Assembly (NCBI GenBank): GCA_037143235.1
Contig: JBAWZC010000001.1
Location: 65,132-129,131 of the forward strand
Length of the DNA stretch: 64,000 bases
Origin: Candidatus Berkelbacteria bacterium
GTDB taxonomy: Bacteria > Patescibacteriota > UBA1384 > XYA2-FULL-43-10 > 1-14-0-10-43-13
Direction of reading: 5' to 3'
Part shown: piece by piece, positions 37,851 through 46,641 of the stretch
How positions within the stretch are numbered: position 1 is the first letter of the stretch
Layout of the letters: every line of letters starts with the position of its first letter
Translations under genes and position numbers: made by a program
The notes under the pieces: generated by a model
Told to the model about the DNA's origin: nothing
Database searches by the model: none
Seen by the model: the letters and a program-made list of their open reading frames with translations, nothing else

Positions 37851-38330
37851 TTAGCTCTCCAACACATACGCTACTCGGCCCTCGACTGGCAAATCAGACT
37901 TTTTGATCTTCAGCAGATCAACTGAAGTAGCCTTCTCCGCAGCAGTAAATTCAGCAATGTCAGTATACAGCATTGGGATGACGCAAAATGGATCGATCTT
38001 CGATAACATCGTCAAAGCCTCCTTGATCTTCACGGAACCGTCTTCACCCAAAGGCAAGAACAAAATATCAATATTACCAATCTCCTTGATCTCGTCTTCC
38101 TTGAGCAGATGGCCAATCTTGCCGAGATAACAGATGTTCAACTCTTCGGCACGAATAACATATATAGCATTTGATTCATCTTGTATACCATGGACGATCA
38201 CACCGCTCTTCTCGTATTCACCGGGACCAGGCAAAACAAATTTATCAATTGACACAGTATAACCAAGATCAATAGTGGCAGACTTCGTTTTGATTTCGAA
38301 TTTTTCGCCACCAAGAAATTTTATTTGCAT
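37851..38330 (-). CDS. hypothetical protein, possible MBL-fold-like small hydrolase
   Basis: MQIKFLGGEKFEIKTK...; lacks clear HxHxDH, so only fold-level guess. Confidence 0.35.
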   Translation of the reverse strand: MQIKFLGGEKFEIKTKSATIDLGYTVSIDKFVLPGPGEYEKSGVIVHGIQDESNAIYVIRAEELNICYLGKIGHLLKEDEIKEIGNIDILFLPLGEDGSVKIKEALTMLSKIDPFCVIPMLYTDIAEFTAAEKATSVDLLKIKKSDLPVEGRVAYVLES

Positions 38331-38341
38331 ATTTCCCCTCT

Positions 38342-39658
38342 CTACTTAGTTTTCTTCTCGGCCTTAACCTTTTTTTCTTTAACCGGTTTTTCTTCGACTA
38401 CAGCCTCGATCATATCTTCAACCTTTTTGGTCTTGGTTGCTTTCGAAACCTTCTTCTCGGCAACTTTATCGGTTGATTCGCTTGGCTCAACATCAGCTGA
38501 GACAGAATCTTCCTTCGCTGCAGCTTTTGCTGACTTTTTCAATGTCAGACCAAGTCTATGACTATCAGTTTCAATATTGATAATTGTGAAATCGTATTTT
38601 TTACCAACTTCGACAAATAGATTCGGATCAGTCACTTTATCAGAAGATAGCTCAGAAATATGAACTAAACCGTCAATATCTTTATCAAGAGAGACAAAAG
38701 CACCAAACGGCGTGATCTTTGTGACTTCACCATTGATAGACTGACCTACTTTGTATTTAGCTGTAGCTTGTGACCATGGATCAGGCAAAAGTTTCTTGAT
38801 CGATAGAGAAACCCTACCATCATCGACAGAGATAACCATAGTTTCGACTTCGTCACCAACCTTAAATAGATTGTGCAGGTTGTTTACACGAGTCCAAGAA
38901 ATTTCTGAGATATGGACGAGTGCTTCGATCTCAGGATCGATTGAAACAAATAAACCGAAATCAACGATACCAGTGATGCGGCCCTTAATCTTGTCGCCGA
39001 CAGCAAATTTATCAATCTTAGTCTTGACCTCAGTTGCTCTGACAGCTTTTTCCGAAAAAATCAGCTTATTGTTCTCGAGATCGCAGTTGATAACTTTTAC
39101 AGACAACTCTTCGCCGATAATCTGACGCAGTCTATTCAAGATTTCATCCTTGTCGCCGCCATGAACACGTGGGTAGTGGATTGGCGCCAGCTGCGACACA
39201 GGCAAAAAGCCCATGATGCCGCCAGTTTCAGTCATCAAGCCACCTTTGTTCGCATCAGTAATTTTGATAGAAACAGGCTCGCCAGATTTGAATTTGGCTT
39301 CCATCTCGGCCCAGAACTTATCACGATCAGCTCGTTTGAGAGACAAAACAACATTACCTTCTTCGTCCTCCATCGCTATAACTGTCGCTAAAATCATATC
39401 CCCGACCTTGAGACCAGCTCTAGTCGTAATTTCACGCTCTGGCACAAAGCCAAGCGACTGGCCAGCCACATCAACCCAGATGCGGTTGCCACTGACAGCC
39501 AAAATCTTAGCTTCGATATTGTCACCCTCAGAGAATGGCAAAATTTTATCACCAAGTTCGGCGATCAAGCTCTCCATCGTATCAACTTTTGGTTTTGTAG
39601 AAACAGCTGTTTTTTCTGCTGCAACCTCTTCTGTTTTTTCGATCTGTTCGTCTACTGA
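38342..39658 (-). CDS. rpsA: 30S ribosomal protein S1 (four S1 domains, Lys-rich tail)
   Basis: Repeated S1 OB-fold units (G..V.G.V..I...G.FV.L); start MSVDEQIEK. Confidence 0.85.
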   Translation of the reverse strand, partial: SVDEQIEKTEEVAAEKTAVSTKPKVDTMESLIAELGDKILPFSEGDNIEAKILAVSGNRIWVDVAGQSLGFVPEREITTRAGLKVGDMILATVIAMEDEEGNVVLSLKRADRDKFWAEMEAKFKSGEPVSIKITDANKGGLMTETGGIMGFLPVSQLAPIHYPRVHGGDKDEILNRLRQIIGEELSVKVINCDLENNKLIFSEKAVRATEVKTKIDKFAVGDKIKGRITGIVDFGLFVSIDPEIEALVHISEISWTRVNNLHNLFKVGDEVETMVISVDDGRVSLSIKKLLPDPWSQATAKYKVGQSINGEVTKITPFGAFVSLDKDIDGLVHISELSSDKVTDPNLFVEVGKKYDFTIINIETDSHRLGLTLKKSAKAAAKEDSVSADVEPSESTDKVAEKKVSKATKTKKVEDMIEAVVEEKPVKEKKVKAEKKTK

Positions 39659-39677
39659 CATGCTATTAATTCCTTTC

Positions 39678-40088
39678 TTATTTCTTTTTCTTTGGTAAAT
39701 ATTTATTATATTTCGATTCAATTGACTTTACTTTGGTCGTGATCGCAATAGTTTTTGTCATGATAGTGGCTTCAACAACCAGCCAGACAAAAAATACGAC
39801 GACAATCACATCCAAAACAATTCTAGCTGACAGATAGGGCAAATTTTCAGATCGGACGAAGGTATATATCAATCCGATCAGTCCCACCGTCATCAAGATC
39901 GTAAACAAGCGAGACAAAGTTTTCTTTATCTCCCCTTTCAAGAAAAACCACACACAGGCCAATACGACCAAAAGGCCAAAACACGATGAATACAGGATAG
40001 TCAGTAATGTCGAAGCTGGTGGTCGCGGATCCAACAACATGCTGGTCGTAAAATAACTAAACAAGTTTTGAAAAAAATCTGTCATGTT
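39678..40088 (-). CDS. hypothetical membrane protein
   Basis: Start MTDFFQN...; 3 TMs; longer ORF-track version would overlap tRNA-Leu(GAG). Confidence 0.5.
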   Translation of the reverse strand, partial: NMTDFFQNLFSYFTTSMLLDPRPPASTLLTILYSSCFGLLVVLACVWFFLKGEIKKTLSRLFTILMTVGLIGLIYTFVRSENLPYLSARIVLDVIVVVFFVWLVVEATIMTKTIAITTKVKSIESKYNKYLPKKKK

Positions 40089-40109
40089 TGATTCTCGTGA
40101 TTCCAATTG

Positions 40110-40196
40110 TGGTGCCGGGAACAGGACTTGAACCTGCAAGCTTTTTACAGCACAGCCACCTCAAGGCTGCGAGTTTACCAATTTCTCCATCCCGGC
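40110..40196 (-). tRNA. tRNA-Leu(GAG), CCA encoded
   Basis: GCCGGGA..anticodon loop TTGAGGT..long variable arm..GGTTCAAGTCC..TCCCGGC-ACCA. Confidence 0.85.
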
Positions 40197-40793
40197 AATA
40201 ATTGCTTTTTCAAACTTATCTTTTTTTCTTGTCAAAAATATCCGAGCGTTTTTATACATATTTTGATATATGACAAATGATGCTTTTTTTGCAAATGTCA
40301 GCTGAAAAACACTACCAGATTTTTTAATTTTTCCTCGAACATGCAGAAGATCCTCAATAGTGTCCCTAATCCACTCCAGATGAGTCCTGCTGGCACTAAT
40401 AAATTGAGTATATATCATATAACTACTCTTCCACCGTTTATCCCAATAAGAATAACTCGAACCATCTCCGTCGAAGCAGCCACGCAAAAAATGAAGAAAA
40501 TATTTATCTGGCACCTTGATAATTCCAATCGTCTTCGATTTATTGGGGGTTAATCCGATAGTCAACATCCACCGATATAAAGCAACATCGCTAAATTGAA
40601 TTCTCGGGTACATCCGACCACAACCTCCAACTTTCCAAGTTATCTTATGATCAGCTGACAAACATTTATTAAAGTTTTCTAGCTGTTCAATATCTTTTGA
40701 AGTCAAATCCAAATGGCGACCATCCCTTGAAAGATTGCCATCTGTTACCATCAAACCAACTGCATATGCTATTTTAGACGACCACCTTGGCAT
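40161..40793 (-). CDS. LAGLIDADG homing endonuclease (double-motif)
   Basis: AYAVGLMVTDGN and HFLRGCFDGDGS motifs; 3' 36 nt overlap tRNA-Leu(GAG) 5' half. Confidence 0.85.
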   Translation of the reverse strand: MPRWSSKIAYAVGLMVTDGNLSRDGRHLDLTSKDIEQLENFNKCLSADHKITWKVGGCGRMYPRIQFSDVALYRWMLTIGLTPNKSKTIGIIKVPDKYFLHFLRGCFDGDGSSYSYWDKRWKSSYMIYTQFISASRTHLEWIRDTIEDLLHVRGKIKKSGSVFQLTFAKKASFVIYQNMYKNARIFLTRKKDKFEKAIIAGMEKLVNSQP

Positions 40794-40917
40794 AGTTGTC
40801 CAAATCTCAAGATAATAGTGTCTACCACTATTTTAACAAATAAAGACAAGTTGTAAAAGTGCTATTTGATGGAATTGGCTCCATTTTGAAAAAACCGTTG
40901 CTTGAATTATGTCAAGC

Positions 40918-40993
40918 GTGGTGCGCGCTGAGGGGCTCGAACCCCCGACATCCTCGGTGTAAACGAGGCGCTCTACCAACTGAGCTAAGCGCG
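40918..40993 (-). tRNA. tRNA-Val(UAC), CCA encoded
   Basis: GCGCGCT-TA-GCTCAGTTGGTAGAGC..CCTCG-TTTACAC-CGAGG..GGGGGTTCGAGCCCCCT-CAGCGCGC-ACCA. Confidence 0.88.
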
Positions 40994-41007
40994 CATATAA
41001 ACAAAAA

Positions 41008-41023
41008 ATCGGGCTTCAGCCCG
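41008..41023. terminator. short GC hairpin (tcgggcttcagcccga) between tRNA genes
   Basis: flanked by A-run and T-run; could be processing/terminator element. Confidence 0.4.
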
Positions 41024-41124
41024 AGTAATTTTTACACTATTCAAGCTGGTTTAATGATTTTTATAAATATAATATATCAAATAAAATCAATACTGTCAAA
41101 GTCGAGAAAAAACCTATTCTTTTC

Positions 41125-41162
41125 TTGGTGTGGCACTGAGCGTCGCTTATACCACACTAAGC
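41125..41162 (-). pseudogene. degenerate tRNA-like fragment (GCTTAGTGTGGTATAAGCGACGCTCAGTGCCACACCA)
   Basis: Resembles collapsed tRNA-Leu(CAG) 5'/3' ends incl. terminal ACCA; adjacent to intact gene. Confidence 0.45.
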
Positions 41163-41247
41163 ATGGTGCCGAAGGCGGGATTTGAACCCGCAATCCGTGA
41201 GGAACACGGCTCTGAACCGTGCGCGTATACCAATTCCGCCACTTCGG
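41163..41247 (-). tRNA. tRNA-Leu(CAG), CCA encoded
   Basis: GCCGAAG..anticodon loop TTCAGAG..long variable arm..GCGGGTTCAAATCCCGC-CTTCGGC-ACCA. Confidence 0.85.
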
Positions 41248-41253
41248 CAATAA

Positions 41254-41484
41254 TCAAATTCTTTTTTTTAAATAGGCTCTGCCAAATCCAGTCTTCAATG
41301 ATTTTTCTCTCGAGATTGCTTTTTCTCTGCTCAGACATGCCTCGTAATACACCAACTTGAAAGGAATTCTGTCGCTCGTTGATTTCACCTTGCCAGCATT
41401 ATGTTCTTCCACTCGTCCTTTCAAATCATCAGACCACCCGATATACAAATCGTTATCTCGCAAACTCTTTAATACATAAGTGTA
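41254..41484 (-). CDS. GIY-YIG homing endonuclease-like protein
   Basis: MYYTYVLKSLRDNDLYIGWSDDLKGRVEEHN; 6 nt from tRNA-Leu(CAG); upstream leader shares GGCCTGCCCGCC..ATCGCAA..CAGGCATTGC block with insert in tRNA-like 36036-36178. Confidence 0.8.
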   Translation of the reverse strand, partial: YTYVLKSLRDNDLYIGWSDDLKGRVEEHNAGKVKSTSDRIPFKLVYYEACLSREKAISREKSLKTGFGRAYLKKRI

Positions 41485-41617
41485 ATACATAGCCTTATTA
41501 TATTCCATTTCACCCGCCTGCAAAAGCTGCTGCTTTAGCAATGCCTGCCAGCAATCGCTTTGCGATAGCAATGCAGGCTGGCGGGCAGGCCATTCGCCCA
41601 TAAACAAATAAAACTCT

Positions 41618-43141
41618 CTACAAATCGCTGACTTTTTTCACTCGCTTCTCCATGATGTACCAATTACTGATATCTGCAAATCTTGATCCAGGGATATTAC
41701 CACGGACATCAGCAACAGCCTTGATCTCACTTTTGACAAAATATTTATACTTAATTGGATCAAAAGTCTGATACAGATACTCACTCTGAAGCTTGGCATA
41801 AATCTGATCGTATTTGGCATTTCGCGCGTTCACATCGAGCAACATTCGCGCATCTTCGATCAGAATATCTGTCGCCTTGTCGCTATATCCAGAAAAGTTT
41901 TTCAGATCCTTCTGTGATGAATGCCAGAAAGCGTACGGGTCTCGATCGTAGCCTCGGTCATAGCCATAGACAAGTAGCTCGAAGTCTTTGCTATTAATTG
42001 CCGCCTGATAGTCTTGCAGGCTGAGATATCGAACTTGAATTGACACATTCTTTTTCTGCAGCGCAGCTTTCTCTTTCTCGGCCACAGCCCTCTGAATATC
42101 ATTGTCCTGTGCCGTGATTGTAAAAGTAGCCTTTGCATCAAAATCAGTCTGCCCAAAAAGTTTTTCACGTCCTGCTTTTGTCGAAAGGCTGGCTTTGCGC
42201 GTGTTGGCAAATAAAATCAACTCTTTTTGCGAATTATAGCTACGATCGATTGCGTCCTTCGCCTCAGCTCCAAATATGGCCGACACGGCTCTATTTTTGC
42301 CAAATGCTGCCACAGCGCTAGCTTCAGTTGTATAGAGATCAAAGGTAAGTTTCTGAATATATGGTGCTACACCATAATAATTACTATTTGACTGAAGCTG
42401 AACCTGTGTAATCTTGTTGTCAGTCTGGATACCCTTGGTAAATTTATATTTACCAGCCCCCGTAAACCGCTTAGAAAAAGTAACAGGATCAACATTGGCC
42501 GGAATTATGCCAAAATTACAATTATAAATAAATGGTCCGTACGAATTTGGCAAGTTAAAAGTGACCGAATTTTGATCCAGATCATAAGATACTGTCACGC
42601 CCTTTAAGTTCGCGGCCAGCGGACTTTTCAGAGAGTCAGAGAGAATATTGGAAACTGTATATGACACATCGGACGGCGAAAGTGGTGTGCCATCGTCAAA
42701 AGTAATACCGTTTCGTAGGTAAAAAGTATATGTCTTCTCGTCTTTGCCTATCTCCCAGCGCTCAGCCAGATCCGGCAATATTTCACCATTAGAACCAACT
42801 GAAATCAGCCCTGGGAAAATCAATGACGAAATAGACTTTTCGGCGTCAGTAGTGACCAAGACTGGGTTTAAGGTTTTGACCTCGCCAACCATCGCCTCTT
42901 CGTACACACCACCAACGATCGGCACGGCAACAGTTCGATAAAGATAGCTTCGATAGATCAAGAAAACACCCAAGGCTACCGCCAGAGCAGTCAAAAGAAC
43001 AGCAATCACTCTCTCCCACATTGGCATCAGCTTGAAGCTTATAGCCAATCTTTTGAAAAATTTACCAATATTATAAGCAGAATTTCGAATGAAATTCCCG
43101 ACTAATTCAAAAATAACCTGAATTTTGGTTTTGTTCGACAT
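41618..43141 (-). CDS. membrane-anchored solute-binding protein (family 5, OppA/DppA-like)
   Basis: N-terminal TM; size and SBP_bac_5-like composition; by-eye call. Confidence 0.5.
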   Translation of the reverse strand: MSNKTKIQVIFELVGNFIRNSAYNIGKFFKRLAISFKLMPMWERVIAVLLTALAVALGVFLIYRSYLYRTVAVPIVGGVYEEAMVGEVKTLNPVLVTTDAEKSISSLIFPGLISVGSNGEILPDLAERWEIGKDEKTYTFYLRNGITFDDGTPLSPSDVSYTVSNILSDSLKSPLAANLKGVTVSYDLDQNSVTFNLPNSYGPFIYNCNFGIIPANVDPVTFSKRFTGAGKYKFTKGIQTDNKITQVQLQSNSNYYGVAPYIQKLTFDLYTTEASAVAAFGKNRAVSAIFGAEAKDAIDRSYNSQKELILFANTRKASLSTKAGREKLFGQTDFDAKATFTITAQDNDIQRAVAEKEKAALQKKNVSIQVRYLSLQDYQAAINSKDFELLVYGYDRGYDRDPYAFWHSSQKDLKNFSGYSDKATDILIEDARMLLDVNARNAKYDQIYAKLQSEYLYQTFDPIKYKYFVKSEIKAVADVRGNIPGSRFADISNWYIMEKRVKKVSDL

Positions 43142-43143
43142 AT

Positions 43144-43365
43144 TTAGACGACAAAAACTAGAGCAAGAGCATTTAAGCAGAACAACACCGCGACCACGAT
43201 AGTTGCATTAAATAGAAACTTCTCGATCCCTCGTCGAGATCGATAGACATTGCCTTCGCCACCAAAAGCAGCCCCGAGCCCAGAACCACGCTGCTGGAGC
43301 AAGATAAAGAAAACAACAAGAACGGCCAAGACAATTTGAATAATTTGTAAGAGATTTGTAAGCAT
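43144..43365 (-). CDS. secG: preprotein translocase subunit SecG
   Basis: 73 aa, two TMs with Gly-rich GSGLGAAFGGEG loop. Confidence 0.75.
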   Translation of the reverse strand: MLTNLLQIIQIVLAVLVVFFILLQQRGSGLGAAFGGEGNVYRSRRGIEKFLFNATIVVAVLFCLNALALVFVV

Positions 43366-43448
43366 TGGTTTGATAAAGAATATTACAAAGCTAGCGTTTT
43401 TGCAAGTTTGTGCTTACAATTCATTCACATTTTTGCTACAATCGCCGC

Positions 43449-44459
43449 ATGACCACAGATTTTTACCAATATCTCGAAAGTATGACATCGCTTCGTCGCA
43501 AACAGATGAAAACGGCTATTTTTGTCAATCTGATCGACCAAGTTTCGGAGATTACCACCCTCTCAAAATTTGAACGAGAAAAAATTTCCTCCGAACTCGA
43601 GATCACCCCGTTTACTCTCGAAAAAGAACAAAAATCTACTGACGGCTCGACCAAATGGGCACTAAAACTTGCTGACGGCCACATCATCGAGACAGTCCTG
43701 CTGGAATTTCGCGACGGTCGCAACACCGTCTGCATCTCCTCACAGGTTGGTTGTGCCTCAGGCTGCCTCTTTTGTGCCACCGGACAGCTCGGCTTTACTC
43801 GCAATCTGACCAGTTGGGAGATCGTCAGTCAGGTTCTATTTGCCGCACGATATTTGAAAAAGAAAAAAGCTGAAGACTTCCGCCTGACCAATGTCGTCTT
43901 CATGGGCATGGGCGAGCCACTCCTGAACTTGGATAATGTGCTATTTGCTATCAAAGAATTAAACGATCCCGACTATTTCAATCTTGGCCGCCGCCATATG
44001 ACAGTTTCCACCTGTGGTGTAATCAACAATTTACAGAAATTCATCGAGGCTGATACCGGCACAACTCTGGCCATTAGCTTGCACGCGCCAAATCAAGCAC
44101 TTCGAGAGAAACTAATGCCGATTGCTCGTGCTCATCCGCTCGACCAGCTGATCAAAACTCTAGATAATTTTGTTCGCCAGACCAAGAAACGTGTCAGCTA
44201 CGAATATCTCCTCTTGGACGGGATCAATGATAGCGAAAAAGAAGCCAACGAACTAGTCTCGCTCTTTCGCCAGAGGCTTGTCTTTATCAATCTCATCACC
44301 TTCAATCCGATCGGCAGCACCAACTTCAAGCCGACGCCACGAGATCGAGCCGACCGTTTCAAATCAATTTTAGAAAAAAATAATATCCCTGTGACCGTCC
44401 GTGTCAGCCTCGGCGATGAAATCTCTGCCGCCTGCGGCCAACTCGCAGGGGAAAAATAA
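43449..44459 (+). CDS. rlmN: 23S rRNA/tRNA adenine C2-methyltransferase RlmN (radical SAM)
   Basis: CASGCLFCATG radical-SAM cluster motif, C-terminal GDEISAACGQL. Confidence 0.88.
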   Translation: MTTDFYQYLESMTSLRRKQMKTAIFVNLIDQVSEITTLSKFEREKISSELEITPFTLEKEQKSTDGSTKWALKLADGHIIETVLLEFRDGRNTVCISSQVGCASGCLFCATGQLGFTRNLTSWEIVSQVLFAARYLKKKKAEDFRLTNVVFMGMGEPLLNLDNVLFAIKELNDPDYFNLGRRHMTVSTCGVINNLQKFIEADTGTTLAISLHAPNQALREKLMPIARAHPLDQLIKTLDNFVRQTKKRVSYEYLLLDGINDSEKEANELVSLFRQRLVFINLITFNPIGSTNFKPTPRDRADRFKSILEKNNIPVTVRVSLGDEISAACGQLAGEK

Positions 44460-44557
44460 CTCTCACAAAACAAACTGACCACCCCGAATAACGAGGTGGT
44501 CGTGGTTTTTTGTAATTCATCGAAACTGCCGAGTAAGTGCCGACAATTTCTCCCTTT

Positions 44558-44589
44558 TGTCATTCCCGCGCAGGCGGGAATCCACAAAT
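44558..44589. repeat. solo TGTCAT-hairpin unit (TGTCATTCCCGCGCAGGCGGGAATCCACAAAT) between convergent rlmN and membrane gene
   Basis: matches arm + CACAAAT tail of 5857-5922 element; probably also acts as terminator. Confidence 0.8.
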
Positions 44590-44600
44590 AGTTCTCCCCC

Positions 44601-45062
44601 TCAGAATCCAAAGATCGCCTTGGCGAGGAGAAATAACCCCGCTCCTCCAAGTGCGACCAAGAACATCCAAAGCAATATCCGCCAAAAATTGACGAAAATC
44701 CAGGCCACTGATTGGCCAACAATCAGAATAACATTAGTCAGTGCCCACGCCACAAGCGTGTAGGGCAATAACCCCCACACAAAAAACCAGAAAAAAATCC
44801 AATCCAATTTGTCCTCCGGCCATGTTTTGTCTTTGATCTGCCGGACTACCATCGCGACCGCAATAAGGATTATTACATATCCAATCTGACCCATAGCCCA
44901 TCGATGATAAACAGTCACCGATGGTGCCAATAACGACATGATCGATCCGAGAAGTCCAAGCGTGGTTGCCAACACGAGAAGAACAGTCCAAAGAAGAAGA
45001 ATGGCGTTACCATGGTTGTAGGTTTCCCTAGTAACAACTTCTTTTAAAGAAAGAATCTTCAT
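44601..45062 (-). CDS. hypothetical membrane protein
   Basis: Start MKILSLKEVV with GGAGGG RBS; 4 TMs. Confidence 0.5.
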   Translation of the reverse strand: MKILSLKEVVTRETYNHGNAILLLWTVLLVLATTLGLLGSIMSLLAPSVTVYHRWAMGQIGYVIILIAVAMVVRQIKDKTWPEDKLDWIFFWFFVWGLLPYTLVAWALTNVILIVGQSVAWIFVNFWRILLWMFLVALGGAGLFLLAKAIFGF

Positions 45063-45316
45063 TTTTCCCTCCTTGCGTAAAACCCGCCGGCCAGCTTTGA
45101 ATGTCAAAGTGCACACTATCTAGCACTATTGTTAGATAGAATTGGATTGAAAAATCCTATTTCTTAGATACCACAAAACACTCTTAAAAGCAATGAACCA
45201 AGGCCAAAAATTTACGACCCACATTTTGCAACGATTACCAAAAAGTCAATATTTTTAGGATTATTCTGTTATTTTTTTCCAAGAAAAAAGCCCCAACATA
45301 ATTGGGGCGTTTTTCT

Positions 45317-45390
45317 TGGAGCGGGTAACGGGAATCGAACCCGTTTCTCGTCCTTGGCAAGGACGCATAATACCGGTATACTATACCCGC
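45317..45390 (-). tRNA. tRNA-Gly(GCC), CCA encoded
   Basis: GCGGGTA..CGTCC-TTGCCAA-GGACG..GGGTTCGATTCCC..TACCCGC-TCCA. Confidence 0.85.
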
Positions 45391-45398
45391 AAAATCAA

Positions 45399-45473
45399 TG
45401 GAGGCCTGGTCGGGAATCGAACCCGACTACGCGGTTTTGCAGACCGCTGCCTAACCTCTCGGCCACCAGGCCA
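45399..45473 (-). tRNA. tRNA-Cys(GCA), CCA encoded
   Basis: GGCCTGG..GCGGT-CTGCAAA-ACCGC..GGGTTCGATTCCC..CCAGGCC-TCCA. Confidence 0.85.
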
Positions 45474-45474
45474 T

Positions 45475-45738
45475 TTATTTGACTGACAAATAACTGGCTA
45501 ATTGTTTTTTCAAAAATCTGCGACCAGATCCACTTTTTAGAAATTTCTCTCTTCCCAGAGCGTCTCTCTTGTCAAGATAACTTTCGGAATAAATCAACTT
45601 CCAACATCCTTGCTTCCGACCGGTATAATCACCGCCGATCTTGCTATTATGTTCCGTCAATCTGCGATCGATATCAGTCGTAAATCCTGTATACCAAGAC
45701 TTATCGATCGAATTCTCAATCAGATAAACGAAAAACAT
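45475..45738 (-). CDS. GIY-YIG homing endonuclease-like protein
   Basis: MFFVYLIENSIDKSWYTGFTTDIDRRLTEHN; abuts tRNA-Cys by 1 nt. Confidence 0.8.
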   Translation of the reverse strand: MFFVYLIENSIDKSWYTGFTTDIDRRLTEHNSKIGGDYTGRKQGCWKLIYSESYLDKRDALGREKFLKSGSGRRFLKKQLASYLSVK

Positions 45739-45910
45739 GCTTCCCTCCGTTTCAACATTCGGCCGCACCACGTGAAAATCTTGTTTTCCAAGACTCGGTT
45801 TTCGGCAGTGCCACGTGAATCGAGCCATTTCGGAGATTAAAAGCCCCGTAAAACTCACTCCGTTCGCCACGGGACACGTAAAAATCTCGCTGAAGCACTC
45901 GATTTTTACG

Positions 45911-45950
45911 TGGTGCCGATGGTCAGAATTGGACTGACGACACAAGGCCC
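45911..45950 (-). pseudogene. 3' half of a split tRNA-Phe paralog (..CCTTGTGTCGTCAGTCCAATTCTGACCATCGGCACCA)
   Basis: T-arm + acceptor CATCGGC-ACCA pairs with 5' half at 46100-46130 (GCCGATG). Confidence 0.55.
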
Positions 45951-46008
45951 CGAAAAACAAATCTTTGATTTGTATCGGGGTAAAATTTTCAACTTGCCCC
46001 GTAAAAAT

Positions 46009-46083
<75 letters not shown>

Positions 46084-46099
46084 CAATTTTTTTTACGGG

Positions 46100-46130
46100 G
46101 TCCTCTGCTCTACCACTGAGCTACATCGGC
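46100..46130 (-). pseudogene. 5' half of the split tRNA-Phe paralog (GCCGATGTAGCTCAGTGGTAGAGCAGAGGAC)
   Basis: Ends in anticodon stem; followed by CCCGTAAAAA.. inverted-repeat arm. Confidence 0.55.
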
Positions 46131-46269
46131 ATATTCGAAACAATATCTCGTAACATCCAGCTTCACGAAACTAATACTACCAAAAACTAGTTCATTCGTA
46201 AAGATTGCAAATCACAAAAGAATCGAATACATTATTGTTAAGATAAAAAAGATAATTAATCACGCTATT

Positions 46270-46626
46270 TTGCCCATGAATGGGTCAGGTAGCCAATACA
46301 ATATGAGCAAGAAGAAACACAATAAGTTCAAAAAGAAACAACAAGCAATCACAGTCAAGGAAACTACCCAACCAGAGGCGATCAGTTCTGGCGATGAGTT
46401 GATCATGAGCAAAACGATCACCAAAGAGCTCGCTGTTGAGGCCGAAAACGAGATCGTAAACGGGCATGATTACAGCTATGTCAAAAAAGATCTCAAAAAA
46501 ATTGGCATCGTCCTCGCAATACTGGTAATTTTATTTGTCAGCTTCTATATTCTCGGTATCAAAACAAATCTTTTAAATGCTTTTGGTGACTGGATTTACA
46601 AGATACTTCACATCAACATCTCGTAA
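46270..46626 (+). CDS. hypothetical small membrane-anchored protein
   Basis: 118 aa; Lys-rich N-term, one C-terminal TM. Confidence 0.4.
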   Translation: MPMNGSGSQYNMSKKKHNKFKKKQQAITVKETTQPEAISSGDELIMSKTITKELAVEAENEIVNGHDYSYVKKDLKKIGIVLAILVILFVSFYILGIKTNLLNAFGDWIYKILHINIS

Positions 46627-46641
46627 GCAATCTCTCTCAGC

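Noticed and set aside
37851-38330. MBL-fold metallo-hydrolase call
   Set aside because: No HxHxDH motif visible; kept only as a hypothetical protein with a fold-level guess.
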